The notes: generated by a model from the sequence alone, not told the origin. DNA of 64,000 nt from Selaginella moellendorffii (GCF_000143415.4 NW_003314305.1:619709-683708); one strand, 5' to 3'. Positions 1-12,495 are shown, counted from the first letter of the stretch. A program made the numbers and translations.

Positions 1-351
1 GCCGAGGAGAAGAGAGTGACCAAAGCAACAATCTGCGCTATGATTCCTGGGTGGCAATTGCACTCCGACGACGATCTTCTAATTTTTATGGAATACAGGA
101 AATCCTCTACTCTCATAAGCCAAGAGGACAAGGCAAGATCTTTGCTGTCATTTGAGGACCACAACGCCCCATCCGACGGCGCCGATTGACCAGATGACAA
201 TCGTAAAAAGTTCCCAAGGAACTTGAACCTGAGACCTCCTCTTAGCTGGTTTTAGGGTTGGACTGTGCGAGAGTTCATGCTTTGCAGCTGAGCAAAGTAA
301 GTTTCTTATAGCTGTAAATAGTTTTTTTACTAATTTCTCATATATCTTAAG

Positions 352-1732
352 AAAGAAATCGATGTTCTCAATTTCCCACCGAGCCAGTACAATCAAAACG
401 TTTTTAAGGCCAACAATCCCTTTGTGGTGGTACACGAGGTGTCCCCCCGTTTTATGCGAGCAATGGCCGGTGACAAAATTGGGGATGGCAAATCCATGGA
501 CCCGGCTGCTTTGCGTGCTGCCATGGAAGAGATTATCGACGCATCTCTTGATGCTGCAATGTAAGTGATGTTTGCATTCGGATCATGCGTTTCAAGTTCG
601 ATTTTATGCAGTTCTTACGAGCAGCCGACCACTGAAGTTGGCGGACGCATCGTTCACGGAGCTTTGACTCTCGACCTTTACAAACTGACCAAACCAGCAT
701 CTCCACTGCCGATTGATACACCGGGTGCAGTTGCTGCGGCTGCTACATCGGGGGCTACTGCCTCGGGGGCTTCTACATCGGATGAAAGTGCTGATGAGAT
801 TGAACCCGGAGAGACAGAGGAGGAAGAGGATTTCGAAGGCATCTCAGTTCTGGTTGAGGTAACATTCCATGCTGTTTAGTTTTATTTACAACTCTCTTTT
901 GCAGCACGTAGATGTGGATGAGAGGGCTTCAACAACGAGCTCCAATGAGGAGATTGAGCTCCATCATGAGGGAGACGATCCCGAAGATGTCACTGGCAAG
1001 GACAAAACGACGTATGAGTTTAAACTCCTGGTTCACGATCGACGAATCGCTGGCGACACTGGTGACAATCAGGTTACAGCTTTGGTTGTAGAATGTACGT
1101 GGGTAAGTGCTGGCCCTTGCCTTGCCTGAGCTAACGTCTCTGTTTCGTAAGGACTCGGCTACCAAAAATAAGATCTATCAGGCGGCAGCTTATGTTTCAA
1201 AAAAGGATGGAATTGCGAATATGAAGAAGGGCCGATTTGCACCAATATTTCTGCAAGCTTGGGGCAGAGATAATTGGATGTATGGAGCGTTTTTTCTTTT
1301 CGGCTACATCCAAGTGAAGAATAACCAGGTTGTGCGAGTGCGGAGGTAAGTGTTTTATGTGTTTTCCTTTTAGTTTGGTTGTTGACAATTTAATTTTGAT
1401 GCAGTACCAAAGGAGGCAAAAACTTTAAAAGAATGCTTCGAGTAGGAACTACCTTCCTACGGGAGCAGTCCAAGGATTTGTATACTACATATCCAGATGG
1501 AGAGTACGTCCATGGGATGCTCTATGTGCCTCGCAAGCTGTTTAAGATGCCGGATGTCTCAGTTGGCGGCTCTGGAGGCACCGACCACAGCAAGCTGTTC
1601 TTCCAGAGCTTGATCCGAATCATTGCTGGAGATGGTGCTCTCGCTTGGACCGAGAAGGACGTTCATGACATTATCGGCGTCAGAAACAAGGCCAAAGCCG
1701 ATCTCAAAGCTGCATTTTTTGGCAGCCCTTGA
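352..1732 (+). CDS. Uncharacterised protein, copy A of a tandem pair (multi-exon; 5' end unresolved)
   Basis: Exons bounded by GT..AG at about 561/611, 859/904, 1103 and 1346/1404. They translate to [15 protein letters not shown]...[21 protein letters not shown] / [14 protein letters not shown] / [10 protein letters not shown] / [14 protein letters not shown]...[12 protein letters not shown] / [16 protein letters not shown]...KAAFFGSP*, collinear with copy B and with matching intron positions. Confidence 0.7.
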
Positions 1733-1950
1733 CACTGATAAGCTGCCTGTAAGTTCTGGTCCTGACTACGTCCACCCCTGTCGGCTCAAGGTCCAGGAAG
1801 ACACTCCGAGGGACATGCTTTCCAGTCAACGTGTTGAAAGCATCGTTTCCACCTCCAACAGTTTTGTCGCTCGCCATCTGCTGCAAAAAATCCATGAAAG
1901 AAACCGGTTAGTCGTACAGTTTTCTAAGCTAATAGCTTCTATAAGCTATC
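1724..1950 (-). pseudogene. Inverted alpha-tubulin gene fragment (end of intron 1 plus part of exon 2) with small deletions
   Basis: Reverse complement reads [38 protein letters not shown]. It includes intron sequence (ctattagctta..gactaaccggtttcttt..tgcag) matching about 16030-16095 of the second/third tubulin genes. Confidence 0.9.
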
Positions 1951-2121
1951 AAAGAAAAGAACAAAAAAAAAAAAAAAAAAAAAACAGAGAGGAGTGTTCT
2001 AGAAGTCATCGAGTTTTCTAGCTCACAAAGGTAAAAAATCAAAAAAGAAAAAAAAAAGGATGTCTTGATCTTCTCAAGGAGTAGGATGGCATAGTTTTAG
2101 GATCTAGGGTTCTGCAATCTA

Positions 2122-3399
2122 ATGTTTACAGGCGGCGATTCTTCGGGGGACAAGCAAGTTCCCAGCCAATACAACCACAATGATTTTGTTGCAAACAATC
2201 CATTCGTTCGAGTGGTCGAGGAATTGCCGTTTCCTATTGTTTGCGACAAAATCGGGGACAACAGATCCATGGACCCGGGTGCTTTGCGTGCTGCCATGGG
2301 AGAGATTATCGACGCATCACTGGACGCTGCAGTGTAAGTCTCCATAATTCCATTGAGTTCATGCGAACGATTCCCTTGTGCAGTTCTTACAAAGAGCCTG
2401 GAAAGATCATGGTGCATGGAGCGTTAACGCTGGACCTTTACAAGATCACAAAACCGGATTCTATTCCGAGGGTTTCTCTAACACCTAGTCAAGTTCTTGA
2501 AATGAATGTGGATGGTGAAAGTCGAACACCAAGGTTAGCAGGAGGCGACGATGATCATCTTGAGAGCGTACTAGTTAACGCGGAAGTAAGTCTTTGCAAT
2601 GTTTTCCAGGTTTTCCTTGATCCATGGAATGCTTTTGCAGCACGTAAATGATATTGATAACTCTAATGAAACTCAAACCAAGCATGGCTTCCAGGTCTTG
2701 GTTCGTGACCGACGAGTTGAAACATTGGACAATCTGGTTACCGTTTTGATAGTCGAATGTACATGGGTAAGCCTTGTACTTGGAATGGTTAGCATGCTAT
2801 TGGTTTGTTCTTTAACCAGGACACTGCTACCAAAAATGAGATCTATCAAGCTGGAGCTTATATTTCCAATAAGGAGGGCATTGCAAATATGAGAAGGGGT
2901 CGTTTTGCTCCAATATTTCTGCAGGCTTGGGGCAACAACAACTGGATATATGGCGTGTATTTTCTTTTTGGCATCGTCAAAGTGGAGAACAATCGAGTTG
3001 TGAAAGTGTGGAGGTGAGTATAATGTTTCTTTTCGCTAATCAAAGTTGCGATTTTGTTTTTTCATTGGCAGTCATAGCAGGGGCGATGAGAACTTCGACA
3101 AAATGCTCAAGGATGGCACTGGTTTCCTGCGGAAACATTCCAAGGACTCGTATGCTATGTATCCAGACGGGGAGTATGTCCATGGGATGCTCTACGTGCC
3201 CCGCAAGGAGTTTACGCTGCCGGATGTGAGAGTTCCTGGATCTGGTTCTAGCGATCATACCAAGCTCTTCTTCCAGAGCTTGATCCGAATCGTTGCTGGA
3301 GATGGTGCTCTCGCTTTGACCGAGAAGGACGTTCGTGACATAATCGATGCCAGGAAAAAATCCGTAGATGATCTCAAAGCTGCATTTTTTGAGGAGTAG
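2122..3399 (+). CDS. Uncharacterised protein, copy B of a tandem pair (multi-exon; start uncertain)
   Basis: Same exon series as copy A (VPSQYNHNDFVANNPF...[21 protein letters not shown] / [10 protein letters not shown] / VLIVECTW / DTATKNEIYQAGAY / [16 protein letters not shown]...KAAFFEE*). Protein is conserved between copies despite DNA divergence. Confidence 0.7.
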
Positions 3400-3742
3400 A
3401 ATTGATAGGCTACTTCGATACAACTTTATACTTCAGGTTTTTCAAAGTTGAATGATAAAATTTATACATAGAATTATTTAATTAGTTTGGTCTGTAACGT
3501 TAATATTAATAATATAACATAAAATGTCCATTTAGGAAATGTTTACAAACCTTAAAATTTGTAAATGTGAATGTGGAAAGGATACAGAAAATGTACATAA
3601 ATATATTATTGTAATAAATTTTAATCAATAATAACAAGAATATATAATTTAATTGAATTAATTTTAGTGTAGTAATCAAAATGACAAAGTCGGGTGTTCG
3701 AATCCGGCAACAGGTAGGATCAAGCTTTGCATCTTTTGGGCG

Positions 3743-6700
3743 ATGGAGCCGGACGTGTGCATCGAGAATGGATGCAAGATCCGTGTGGTGGTGGTCGGCG
3801 TTGGATCGATGCCTCTCCATCGCCTCCGCGACTACACGGAGATGGTGACCCAGCACGCCCGGATCGAGCTCCAAGCCACCAGCAGCTTCTACAAGGAGGA
3901 CCAGAAGAGCCCATTTGGTCTCCAGCCCTGGGAGAATGGATGCCTGCGCTTCCAATTCGTGATTGGCAGGGCGAATCGAAGCCAGTGGGAGGATTTCCAG
4001 GCGCATCGCAAGGTCCATGGCTGCATTGGCGTGCTCCATTGCCCCGATGTGGCGGATCTGGACGCCGCGTATGAGAAATTCGTGGAGATTTGCAACGAGT
4101 ACCCGGCCGCGCAAACGAGGAGGTGCTTTGCCTTCTCTCCCACCCAAGAACAGGTATTTGCTCCTATTCCCTTCCTTACAGCATTTGCCCAGAAGCGGCA
4201 TTTTGGTGTTCTTCCTTTCTCTCTTTGTTTTCTCTTCCTTTACTTTGTCTTTGGGGTGGCTAGAACATACATTTCTTTCTAGCAGGCTTTACGAGCTCTC
4301 TCTTTTGGTTTGTGGGATTTGCTTGTTCTAGAAGGCTTTTGGCATACCAAAGTGTTTGCTTTCACTCTTTCTGGCATTTAGATTTCTTAGAACTTTTCTT
4401 TTCTGTCGTAGGCTTTGCTGTTGTTCTTCCTTGAACTGATGGATTCATTTAATCTCCATTTCATTTTTTTGGCATACCGAAGGGTTTCTTTCACTCTTTT
4501 GGCATTTAGAGTTCTTAGGAGTTTTCTTTGGCTTTGCTTTGTTCTTCTTTGAACTGATGGATTCGATCGTGAAAACTTTTAAATCAGGTGGAGCAGGATG
4601 ACAAGAAGAGGCAGCAGATGGTGCTGTTTCCTCCGGTTGACAAGCAAATGCTCAAGCATCACGTCGGAACTCTGATGCACGACTTTGCAGCATCGATCCT
4701 CATGGCTTTTGAAAGCCGAGTTCTTCTCGCGGAGCCCATGGGAGCGACGCTCACAACGCCAATGGACTCACACGTCTCGCTCAGCTCCGAAGAGGTGGGT
4801 GAAAGTTTTTTCTTGCTTGATCTATGGAAAAGAATGAAATGCTGATTGTTGGATCATCGACTCTTCGAAGGTTAGCAAAGCCAAACGGCGGAGGCTGGAG
4901 CGTGTCCAGAAGACAATGGGAGATTACAGTCTACTCGCTGGCTCTCCTGCCGATGCTATCTCGCATTACAACACCGCTATGGAGTTGTCAAGGCACACTG
5001 GTGATTCGCTTTGGAATGCTGGCGAGATCGAAGGCAGCATTTGCGCTCTTGTCGTAAGATCTCAAGTTCTTCTCGCCATCTTTCATCTTTGTTTCTGATA
5101 TATGAAGCTTGCAGGTAACCCCGGGTGTTGAATCAGACATACTTCTTGAGGATGAGGTGCGATATAAATACTACGAAGCCATTCAGCTATACAGGCGGTA
5201 TGTATCACTCGAAACTCGACACAATTCTCACTTTGTCTTTCTTCTTTTTCAGTTGTTCTGCATATATATTCGAAGTCGAGGCACAACTGAAACTGGCTCG
5301 CTTCCTCTGCCGGTAAAACCTTATGGATTTTCTAGGAACTAAAGGGAGACAAGATTTTGCCTTTGGTGCGCAGAAGGGAGCGTGGAAACGAGCTGTCGAG
5401 AGAAGTCTGCGAGCTTCTCAGCAACGCCGTGGAAGTCGGAAGAAACTTAACCGATGTCAACGACCAGGTTGTGTTGTTCGTGGAGGTGGCTCGCATTTTT
5501 GGGACTCTTGGTTACGAGCGAAAGTCTGCGTTCTTCTCCCGTCAAGTAGCCCATTACTATCAATCGCAAGAAACCACCAAGGCTGCAAACAGCGCACTGC
5601 AGCTTCTCTTGCTCGCTGCCAGATCCTACGGCGTGGAATACGTAAACAAGTCTTCGATCAAGGTAAGCTTTTAGTTCTTCTCGGAGAAACACTTTCAAAG
5701 TTTTCGAAGTTTTATTCCTATCCTTGTGTGTTCTCACTTGTGGTTTTTTCTTCTTGTAGCAAAAGGAGCCTGATCAAAGCGATTCATGCGAGACGTCACC
5801 AGAGGTAGTGTCAGGGGATTGGAACGCTCTGCAAATTAATGTGCTGGGTGATGTGTTAGCGGCCGCTGTCCGAGCAGGCGATCCATTACTTGCCTGGAGT
5901 GCTGGAGCGAGACTGTTGAGATATCACTACCCATACATCACACCTTTCGCTCAGGCCAGCTTGGTTGCCGCGCTCGTCAGTGCTTCTGCAAGGCTACCCC
6001 CTGGAACTCGCTGCTCAGTCCCTTCTCTCCCGTTTATAAGGTACAGAGCTCGTTGTTTTCGTAGCATCTCTAAGAGAGTTCTTTTCACCAGGTTGCTCTC
6101 GCTACCTTCGTGTCCATCGCAGCCACAAACAGAGATCATCCGGAAAGTTGCTGGAAAGAAAGAGTGGTGGATTGAATCCACGGCCTCGACTGGTCCTTTT
6201 ATCTACACTCCAATGTCAGCCACGGCGAGCAAAGCAAACAACACGGCCAGTGGCAACAGCAGCGGTAGCAGCAAGGATACTATCACTTGGGTGGTGGACG
6301 AGATGGTGGAAGTTCTCGTCGCTGTGGCAAACCCGTCTACGTTCCAAGTTACTGCCGAGTCCATAGCGCTCTCGGTCGATGGTGCTGCTTTCGAGGCTTC
6401 GCCAGTGTCACTCACACTGCCTCCCAACACATCGCAGATTCTAACTCTATCGGGAGTTCCGAGAGAAACAGGCAGTGTTACGGTACGGGGATGCTTTGTC
6501 AACTTCACTGGCGTGGTGACCGAGCATCTCTTTGAGGAAGTGGAAGAAATGGTGGCTCTGGCGGCCAAAGGCTCGACTTTGGTGGATCCCTTTCGAGGTG
6601 AACATCACAGGGACAAGTTTACACCAGCCGGGAGCATTCCGGTGGCACCACCGTTGCCTTTACTATCTGCTCACATCGTCGGCGGCGATGGAGACATAGT

Positions 6701-7972
6701 TATGCACGAAGGAGAAAGCCGTGAAGTCGAGATCGCGCTCGCCAATGCCGGGAGTGTGGCCGTTTTGCAAGCCAGCTTGAGCGTCAGCACGAAGCAAAAG
6801 GAGCATTCCATTCGTATCAACCACGAAGCTCTCGAGGCAGCACTCCCTCTAGCTCCAGGCGCTCGCGTTTTGGTCCCAGTGGAGATTCGAGCTGGTCTTG
6901 AAACAAATCCAGAGAACAATCGCGGAGTTCATCCACTTGTTCTCGTTCACTACGCAGGCAAGTTTTGTTCTCTTTCGCAAGAGCTTGTAGTACAAAGTTC
7001 TTATACTTCCTCTACTTCCAGGTCCAGAGAGCGATGATTCTACACCCCTAGGAAGGCAGCTCGCTCTTCCTTTGCAACTACACGTAAAAAAAGGACTCTC
7101 TTTGGTGCAAGCTCGTCTACTTTCCATGGAAGTTCCAGCTTTAGTCAACAGCACCGAAGAAAGATCACCACCACTGAGGATCGATCCTTACAGAGGATGC
7201 TGGAGTTTACAATTCTTGGAGCTGGAGCTATGGAATCCCGCTGAGGTTCCATTCGAGATACAGGTTAGTGTGGGTGACGAGAAGGAAGATGGAGGCTACA
7301 AAAGCAGCAGCCGGATTGATTGCAAGTGTAGCTCTCGCGTTCTCATACCTTTCGACAAGCTCGGGATCACTGGAAGCTCTGAAAGAGATGAGATCAAACC
7401 AGGGGAAGTCTCGACGAGCATCAACCAGGTGAAGTTCAGGTGGCAGTGGGGACGAAACAGCGTTGGCGAGCTCCAAGTTGCGGATGCCATTCGAGCAGCG
7501 GTCCAGGAGTCCATGTCACAGATTCTAGCGTCCAATCCTCTCACGTTTAACTTCCGGCTGGCGAGCGAGCAGAACAATGGCCAGCGCTCGGTAGAGGCTT
7601 GCGAGCTCACTCCAGTCGAGATGATCGTGACCAACAACACGAAAGATGAGATCTCCATGGAGCTGAGCGTCACTTGCCTGGACGTGACTTCGTCTAGTTG
7701 CCTAAATTCGGTAATGTGGTCTGGTAAGTTGGCACTTCCTCCTCGGTTTTGGTTGGACTGATCGTCGATCTTCTCGAGCAGGAAGCATGAGTGGGATTGA
7801 AGCCAGCATCAGTGCTTCGCAAGGCCAACACATTCACTCGTTCGAGCTGTGCTTTCTCGTTCCAGGTGAGTACAGTCTAGTCGGTGTTGCTCAAGTAAAC
7901 TCTGTTGGAAAGAAGCAACAACACAAAAGCCAGTGTTACAGCAGTCCTCCATTCACAATTCATGTGAGTTAA
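3743..7972 (+). CDS. TRS120: TRAPPII-specific subunit 120 (TRAPPC9 homolog), multi-exon
   Basis: N-terminus MEPDVCIE...SSFYKEDQKSPF..QPWENGCLRFQF, GDYSLLAGSP.DA..HY, EAQLKLARFL and ARLLSMEVPA all match plant TRS120. Confidence 0.93.
4337..4564 (+). repeat. Imperfect ~100-110 bp direct duplication within TRS120 intron 1
   Basis: ttttggcatacc...ttcactcttt..ggcatttaga...ggctttgct...ttgaactgatggattc occurs at about 4337-4446 and 4467-4564. Confidence 0.8.
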
Positions 7973-8072
7973 GCACTGCTTGCTGCTTGCTTGCTTGCAT
8001 GCTGGAGGAAAGAAACGAAAGAAAAACTGGATTTTTTTGTTCTTCTTGCGTTAAACGCTTACGAGTCTTGGG

Positions 8073-9151
8073 TCAGTGCCAGTCCTTTCTGATGTTAAAT
8101 GTGTAGTCCAGCTCCAGATAACATCTCTTGTCGTCATCTAGGAACTGTTTTGATCGAGTGAGAGTGAGTGAGAGCGATTGCGAAGTTTCGGGATCTCATT
8201 CATACCTTTGTCTTTGCCGAGTAAGAACCGCGAGCTAGAATCCCACAGGGTGTTGTCTCCTCGTCAGTGAAGTGAGTGTAAGGCTCTGCCCGGGGTCCAA
8301 AAGTTCCTAGCATTGTTCGAGTGTGATCCACTGTAAAAATCGCGTTTTGCTAAGTTTTAAGACGGGGAAAGATCTGAAAGAGCCAGCTTTGAGCTTTGTG
8401 CGTACCTCGAAGGCCATTCTTCCAGACAGTGTTCACGTACGTGAGGCCTGAGACGATGTTGTGACTGACAACGAAGGTGAAACAAAGCCGATAGCTCGAG
8501 CCTTCCTTGAGAGTGAACGCATGGCTCTTGGAAGCGAAGGGGAGCGAGAGTTTTAAGTGTGGACGGCCCTCGGCCTCGATTCCCAGCGTCAGGACTTTCA
8601 CGGCCGGCTCCATCTCGCCACCAGCAACACCTGTTTGAAGGAAAAAAATGGATTTTTGTGGAGAATTCGATCGAGGCTACAAACCATCCATGTCGAGGAG
8701 GAGATTCTTGTCAAGACCAAGGAGCTGTTCCTTCCACCTCCGCAAGCTTTCGTCCTCCTGGATGATTTGCTTCGTTAGCTCTTGGGGATGGAGGAAAAGC
8801 TTCGCTTACCTTGTCGAGCTCGAGGTGTTGCTTGAGTGAGATGATCGGGCCCAAGTTACTCGTCCCTCCTCCATCTTCTTCCTCGTCTTCTATCTCTCCT
8901 CCCACTTCTTCTTCTTCTTCCTCTTCGATGGAGTCCAAGTCGGAGTCGATGGACTCGGTGGTGTCGGAGAGCTGCCGCGTAGAAGCCATCGCAAACTCGT
9001 CGCTCTGGATGGACGAGGAGGACGATGAGGAGGAGGAGGAACAAGAGGAGGAAGAACTTGGCGGTGGAGTGGAGGCGGCGGAAGCTACATTGCCGCTGGA
9101 GGAGCTCGGTGGTGATGGCGGTGCTGCTGCCGCCAGGGCGACGAGAGACAT
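8073..9151 (-). CDS. Rho (ROP) GDP-dissociation inhibitor
   Basis: LGPIISLKQHLELDK/EDESLRRWKEQLLG, FTLKEGSSYRL.FTF.VS.NIVSGLTY.NTVWK, MLGTFGPRAEPY, EETTPCGILARGSYSAK, FLDDDKRCYLELDYTFNIRKDWH*. N-terminus is Ser- and acid-rich. Confidence 0.92.
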
Positions 9152-10067
9152 GATCAGGGAAGAGCGAGAGAACAGTCTTCTTGGGAGAAACCCACGAATC
9201 CTTACGGCCGTTTGGCAAGACCCAAGTGAAGAACAATGCAGCTAAGAGCGCCAGGCTCCAGTGCCACTCGCCATCATCAAAGCCTTCCCTCGCTCGACTC
9301 GACCCAGGAAAGGAAAAAAAAACTAGGAGAGAGAAAATAAACTCACACACTTGGAGCCATTGAGTAGTACTACATGATCCAACTTTAAGGTCCTGGCTAT
9401 GGTGTTCTTGCTTTGGGTTTTTTTCTCTTTTTTTTTCTTTTTTGCCGTTCTTCCTCCTAGCAAGCGGAGACAAAAGAAGAGATTGCAACTGAGAGCAACT
9501 CTTCGGAAAGAAAGAAGAGAAAGTAAACGAAGGAAAACAATTTCGCTGCAGTGGACAAACAAGAGATCACAAATGAGAGTGATTGAAGCTGCAACAGCAG
9601 CAACCTTGCTTGACTGCTGCTCAAAAAAAAAAGGAGAGAAAAAAAACCTGAAAAAACTGGGCATTTATGCACGAAAAAGTCGTTTTTGCTTGGCCCGTGA
9701 CTGACTCATGAACCAAAAAAAAATCCTTTTTTTCTCTCCACTTTTCTTCCTTCTTTCTCGCAGCAGTGTCACACAGACTGGCCGGCCAGCCATCAATTAA
9801 CACGACACTCTTATAGTTGCGTACGAACTTTACTCGTGAAATTCTTCCTCCTGATATCACACTCCGTTTGATCCGGATTTGGAAGCTTAACTTTTCACGG
9901 GACTAGTTGTTTGCATTGAATCAATCAATATCGTAATCGCAATCCATTAAAACAGCGAGCTCTCGATTTCTGTCCTTCCACCAGCGAAAGATCACCTCTC
10001 ATTTCCTCGGGAAAGAGAAAAGAGACTCTGTTCTCCCAACTTTTTGTTATCAAAACAATAGCGAAGG

Positions 10068-10860
10068 AAATGCTTCCAAAAATGCCCTCAAAGGGCATAG
10101 CACTTCTTTATTATGAAGATAATAAAGAATTTCAACAAGAAACTTACCAGTATGGCCACCTTGTTATCAGACAAGAGAAAAGTTCTTCTAAAACAAAGAA
10201 CTTACCAGTATGCCCCTCAACATTGGGCAGGGCCAACACACTGTTATCAAGACAAAAGTGAAGTTCTTCTCAGGCAAAAAACCTACCAGCATTGCAGAAG
10301 AAAGTTAAGAAAAACGCCCCCAATGGGCACTGGGCAGGGCCAACACTGGTATAGAGAAGGAAGTTCTTAAGACTTACTTAAGAATGCCCATTGAGGGCAT
10401 TGGGCACACTGTTATAGAAGTTCTTCTAAAACACCACCAAGCAAAAAAGTTACCCTCAATAGCCCAACACATTGTTATCAAGAAAGTTCTTCTAAAACAA
10501 AGCACTTATGAACTTTGGTAAGTTCATAACTTAAGAACTAATTAGGCAGTATGTTGGCCTAATTGTGGGAGGGTACATTCCAATGCCAAAACCAAATTGA
10601 GCCATAGCACACTGTTATCAAGACAATAGAGAAAATGCCCTCAATGGAGAAAGGAGTTCTAAAACAAAACAAAAAAAATTAAAACTTTATCAGTATGCCC
10701 ACAATGGGCATTGGGCAGGGCCAACACACTGTAATAAAGAAAGCAATTCTTCCAAGGGCCATCAAGACAATGGAGTTTTAAAACAAAGAAAGAATGTGCT
10801 GTTATCACCTAAAGAGAAAGTTCTACAAAGACTTGCCAGTATGCCCTCAATGGGCAGGGA
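10068..10860. repeat. Degenerate tandem array of ~60-120 bp units
   Basis: Recurring modules cttaccagtatgccctcaa(t)gggca(t)tgggcagggccaacacactgttatcaagaca...aagttcttctaaaacaaa, about 8 scrambled copies. Confidence 0.75.
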
Positions 10861-10865
10861 ATGAA

Positions 10866-10889
10866 AGAGAGAGAGAGAGAGAGAGAGAG
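10866..10889 (+). repeat. (AG)12 microsatellite just upstream of the UQCC1 ATG
   Basis: Read directly from the sequence. Confidence 0.9.
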
Positions 10890-10911
10890 TAGAGGTTAGG
10901 GCAAAGAGAGA

Positions 10912-12046
10912 ATGGCGCTACTTAGGCGAGGGTCTCTCCAGCTCCAGCGCGGCCTTGGGCCACCGGCGGCATGGTGGAGATTACGCGCGGCCATGGCGAC
11001 GGCGGCGGCCCCGGCGCCAGAGCAGGCAAGTCTCGAGGACGCATTTGGATACAAGATCAAGCCCTGCTCGCTCGCACTGCCGCCAGACTCCATGATCCGC
11101 TACGTGGAGCCCCATCCGGGCGGATTCCGGGGCCTGATGCTCAAGGTTCTTGGATTCTACAGCAAAGAGAGCACGCGAATTCGTGGAGCCAAGCGGCTGT
11201 ATGCGCGGATCACTAGCCAGGTCGAGAATCCGGAGCTCTATTCCAGTAAGTTGGTTTGATTTGCTTGTTGTTTGGTTGTTCTTTGCTCGTTCTTGACAGA
11301 TTTTTTTTTGTTCTTCTTTCTTTCCAGGCTTTGGACTTGAGAAGAAGTTCCGGACTGTCCACGCGATGCTTTTGCTGCACGTCTGGATGGTTCTTGTGAG
11401 GCTCCGGAATGAAGAGAAGGGAGCGAACATCGGGCAGACGATGTACGAGGTTTTCAATCTGGATTTGGAGCAAAGGATTTACAAAGAAGGGGTGCGTGAA
11501 TACTTTTCTTTCTCGCATTCTTTCTAAAAGATGGAATTTTGCTCTCGTTTCGCAGGTAAAGATGACAATGATAATCACCAAGTGGCTCAAGGAACTCGAG
11601 AAGAACTTCTATGGAGCCTCTGTAGCTTATGACAAAGCTCTAAGCGGATCTTCCATGAAAGAAGATTTGGAGCGTGCTCTTTGGAGGTATGCCAGTTCTT
11701 AGATGTTCAAGAACTTTGTTATTAACTCTTTTTCCACGACACAGAAATGTGTTTGCCGAAGACGACTCTCCAATGCCAAAATCCGGTCCTCAACTGGCTA
11801 ACGTGCAGGTCGAGTAGCGAGATCAAGTTTTATCTTCTCGAGTTCTAATGTCTCTCGCGATCTTTCAGGCTTTTGCGAGATATGTCCGCAGGGAACTTGC
11901 GTGCTTGGTAATAACCGGTGAGAGTTTCGCTCCTCGCTAGAAACCATTCGTCTGACACCGCTTTTCTTCTCGCAGAATCCGAGGACTTTAGGACCGGCAA
12001 CATTCGTTTCTCCACAGAATTCGAGGCTCTAAAAGAAGACCACTAA
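10912..12046 (+). CDS. Ubiquinol-cytochrome c reductase chaperone (CBP3/UQCC1 family), probably mitochondrial
   Basis: Arg-rich presequence; FGLEKKFRTVHAMLLLHVWMVLVRLR, KWLKELEKNFYGASVAYDKAL, ALWRNVF, ARYVRRELACL; final exon ESEDFRTGNIRF...DH*. Confidence 0.85.
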
Positions 12047-12225
12047 TTTCAAGTACGTTTTCTTAGAATCTGAGAATCTGCATGGATCGGCTGAAAGAAT
12101 GTGCTTGGTTTAAAGCTTTTTGCGGCTGGCTTAACATAAAATGGGAGGCGGTGTTTTTCCAGTATATAAATCAAGGCTCGTAAACCTCTCTTCGTCCTCC
12201 AGCCTCCAGCTTTTCGAGAGCGTCA

Positions 12226-12495
12226 ATGGGTGCTCCAGAAGTTCTTCCCAGCGACAGCAACGACGACAACAAGATGGTTCTCTGCGGCTGCTATTCCTTC
12301 TCGATCGCCAAGAAGAAGGATCACGACTGTGATCTCAAGGCTCTGATCCAGGAGGGGAAGAAGATGAACAAGGGAGATCACAGCCATGATCTCCAGGCGA
12401 AGAACAAGCCATCGACACCAGCATTCCCAGCAGCACCCTCAGCACCGATCATCGTTCCATACTTCCAGTCGTCTTCCAGATTGTTTCTCGCGTAA
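12226..12495 (+). CDS. Small uncharacterised plant protein (89 aa)
   Basis: TATATAAA at about 12164 and an intronless ORF. The C-terminal APIIVPYFQSSSRL resembles the APIVVxYFP..S.LSRL tail of a small plant protein family. Confidence 0.55.
   Translation: MGAPEVLPSDSNDDNKMVLCGCYSFSIAKKKDHDCDLKALIQEGKKMNKGDHSHDLQAKNKPSTPAFPAAPSAPIIVPYFQSSSRLFLA

Noticed and set aside
1-189. Open frame 1 (AEEKRVTK...DGAD*) at the window start
   Set aside because: Truncated, no recognisable motif; cannot tell whether it belongs to gene copy A or an upstream gene.
3690-3710. B-box-like GTTCGAATCC (also GGTTCGAATC at about 13458)
   Set aside because: No cloverleaf, acceptor stem or A-box visible; not called as tRNA or SINE.
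10068-10860. Possible CRISPR-like array
   Set aside because: Units are degenerate and shuffled without unique spacers; eukaryotic context and no cas genes.
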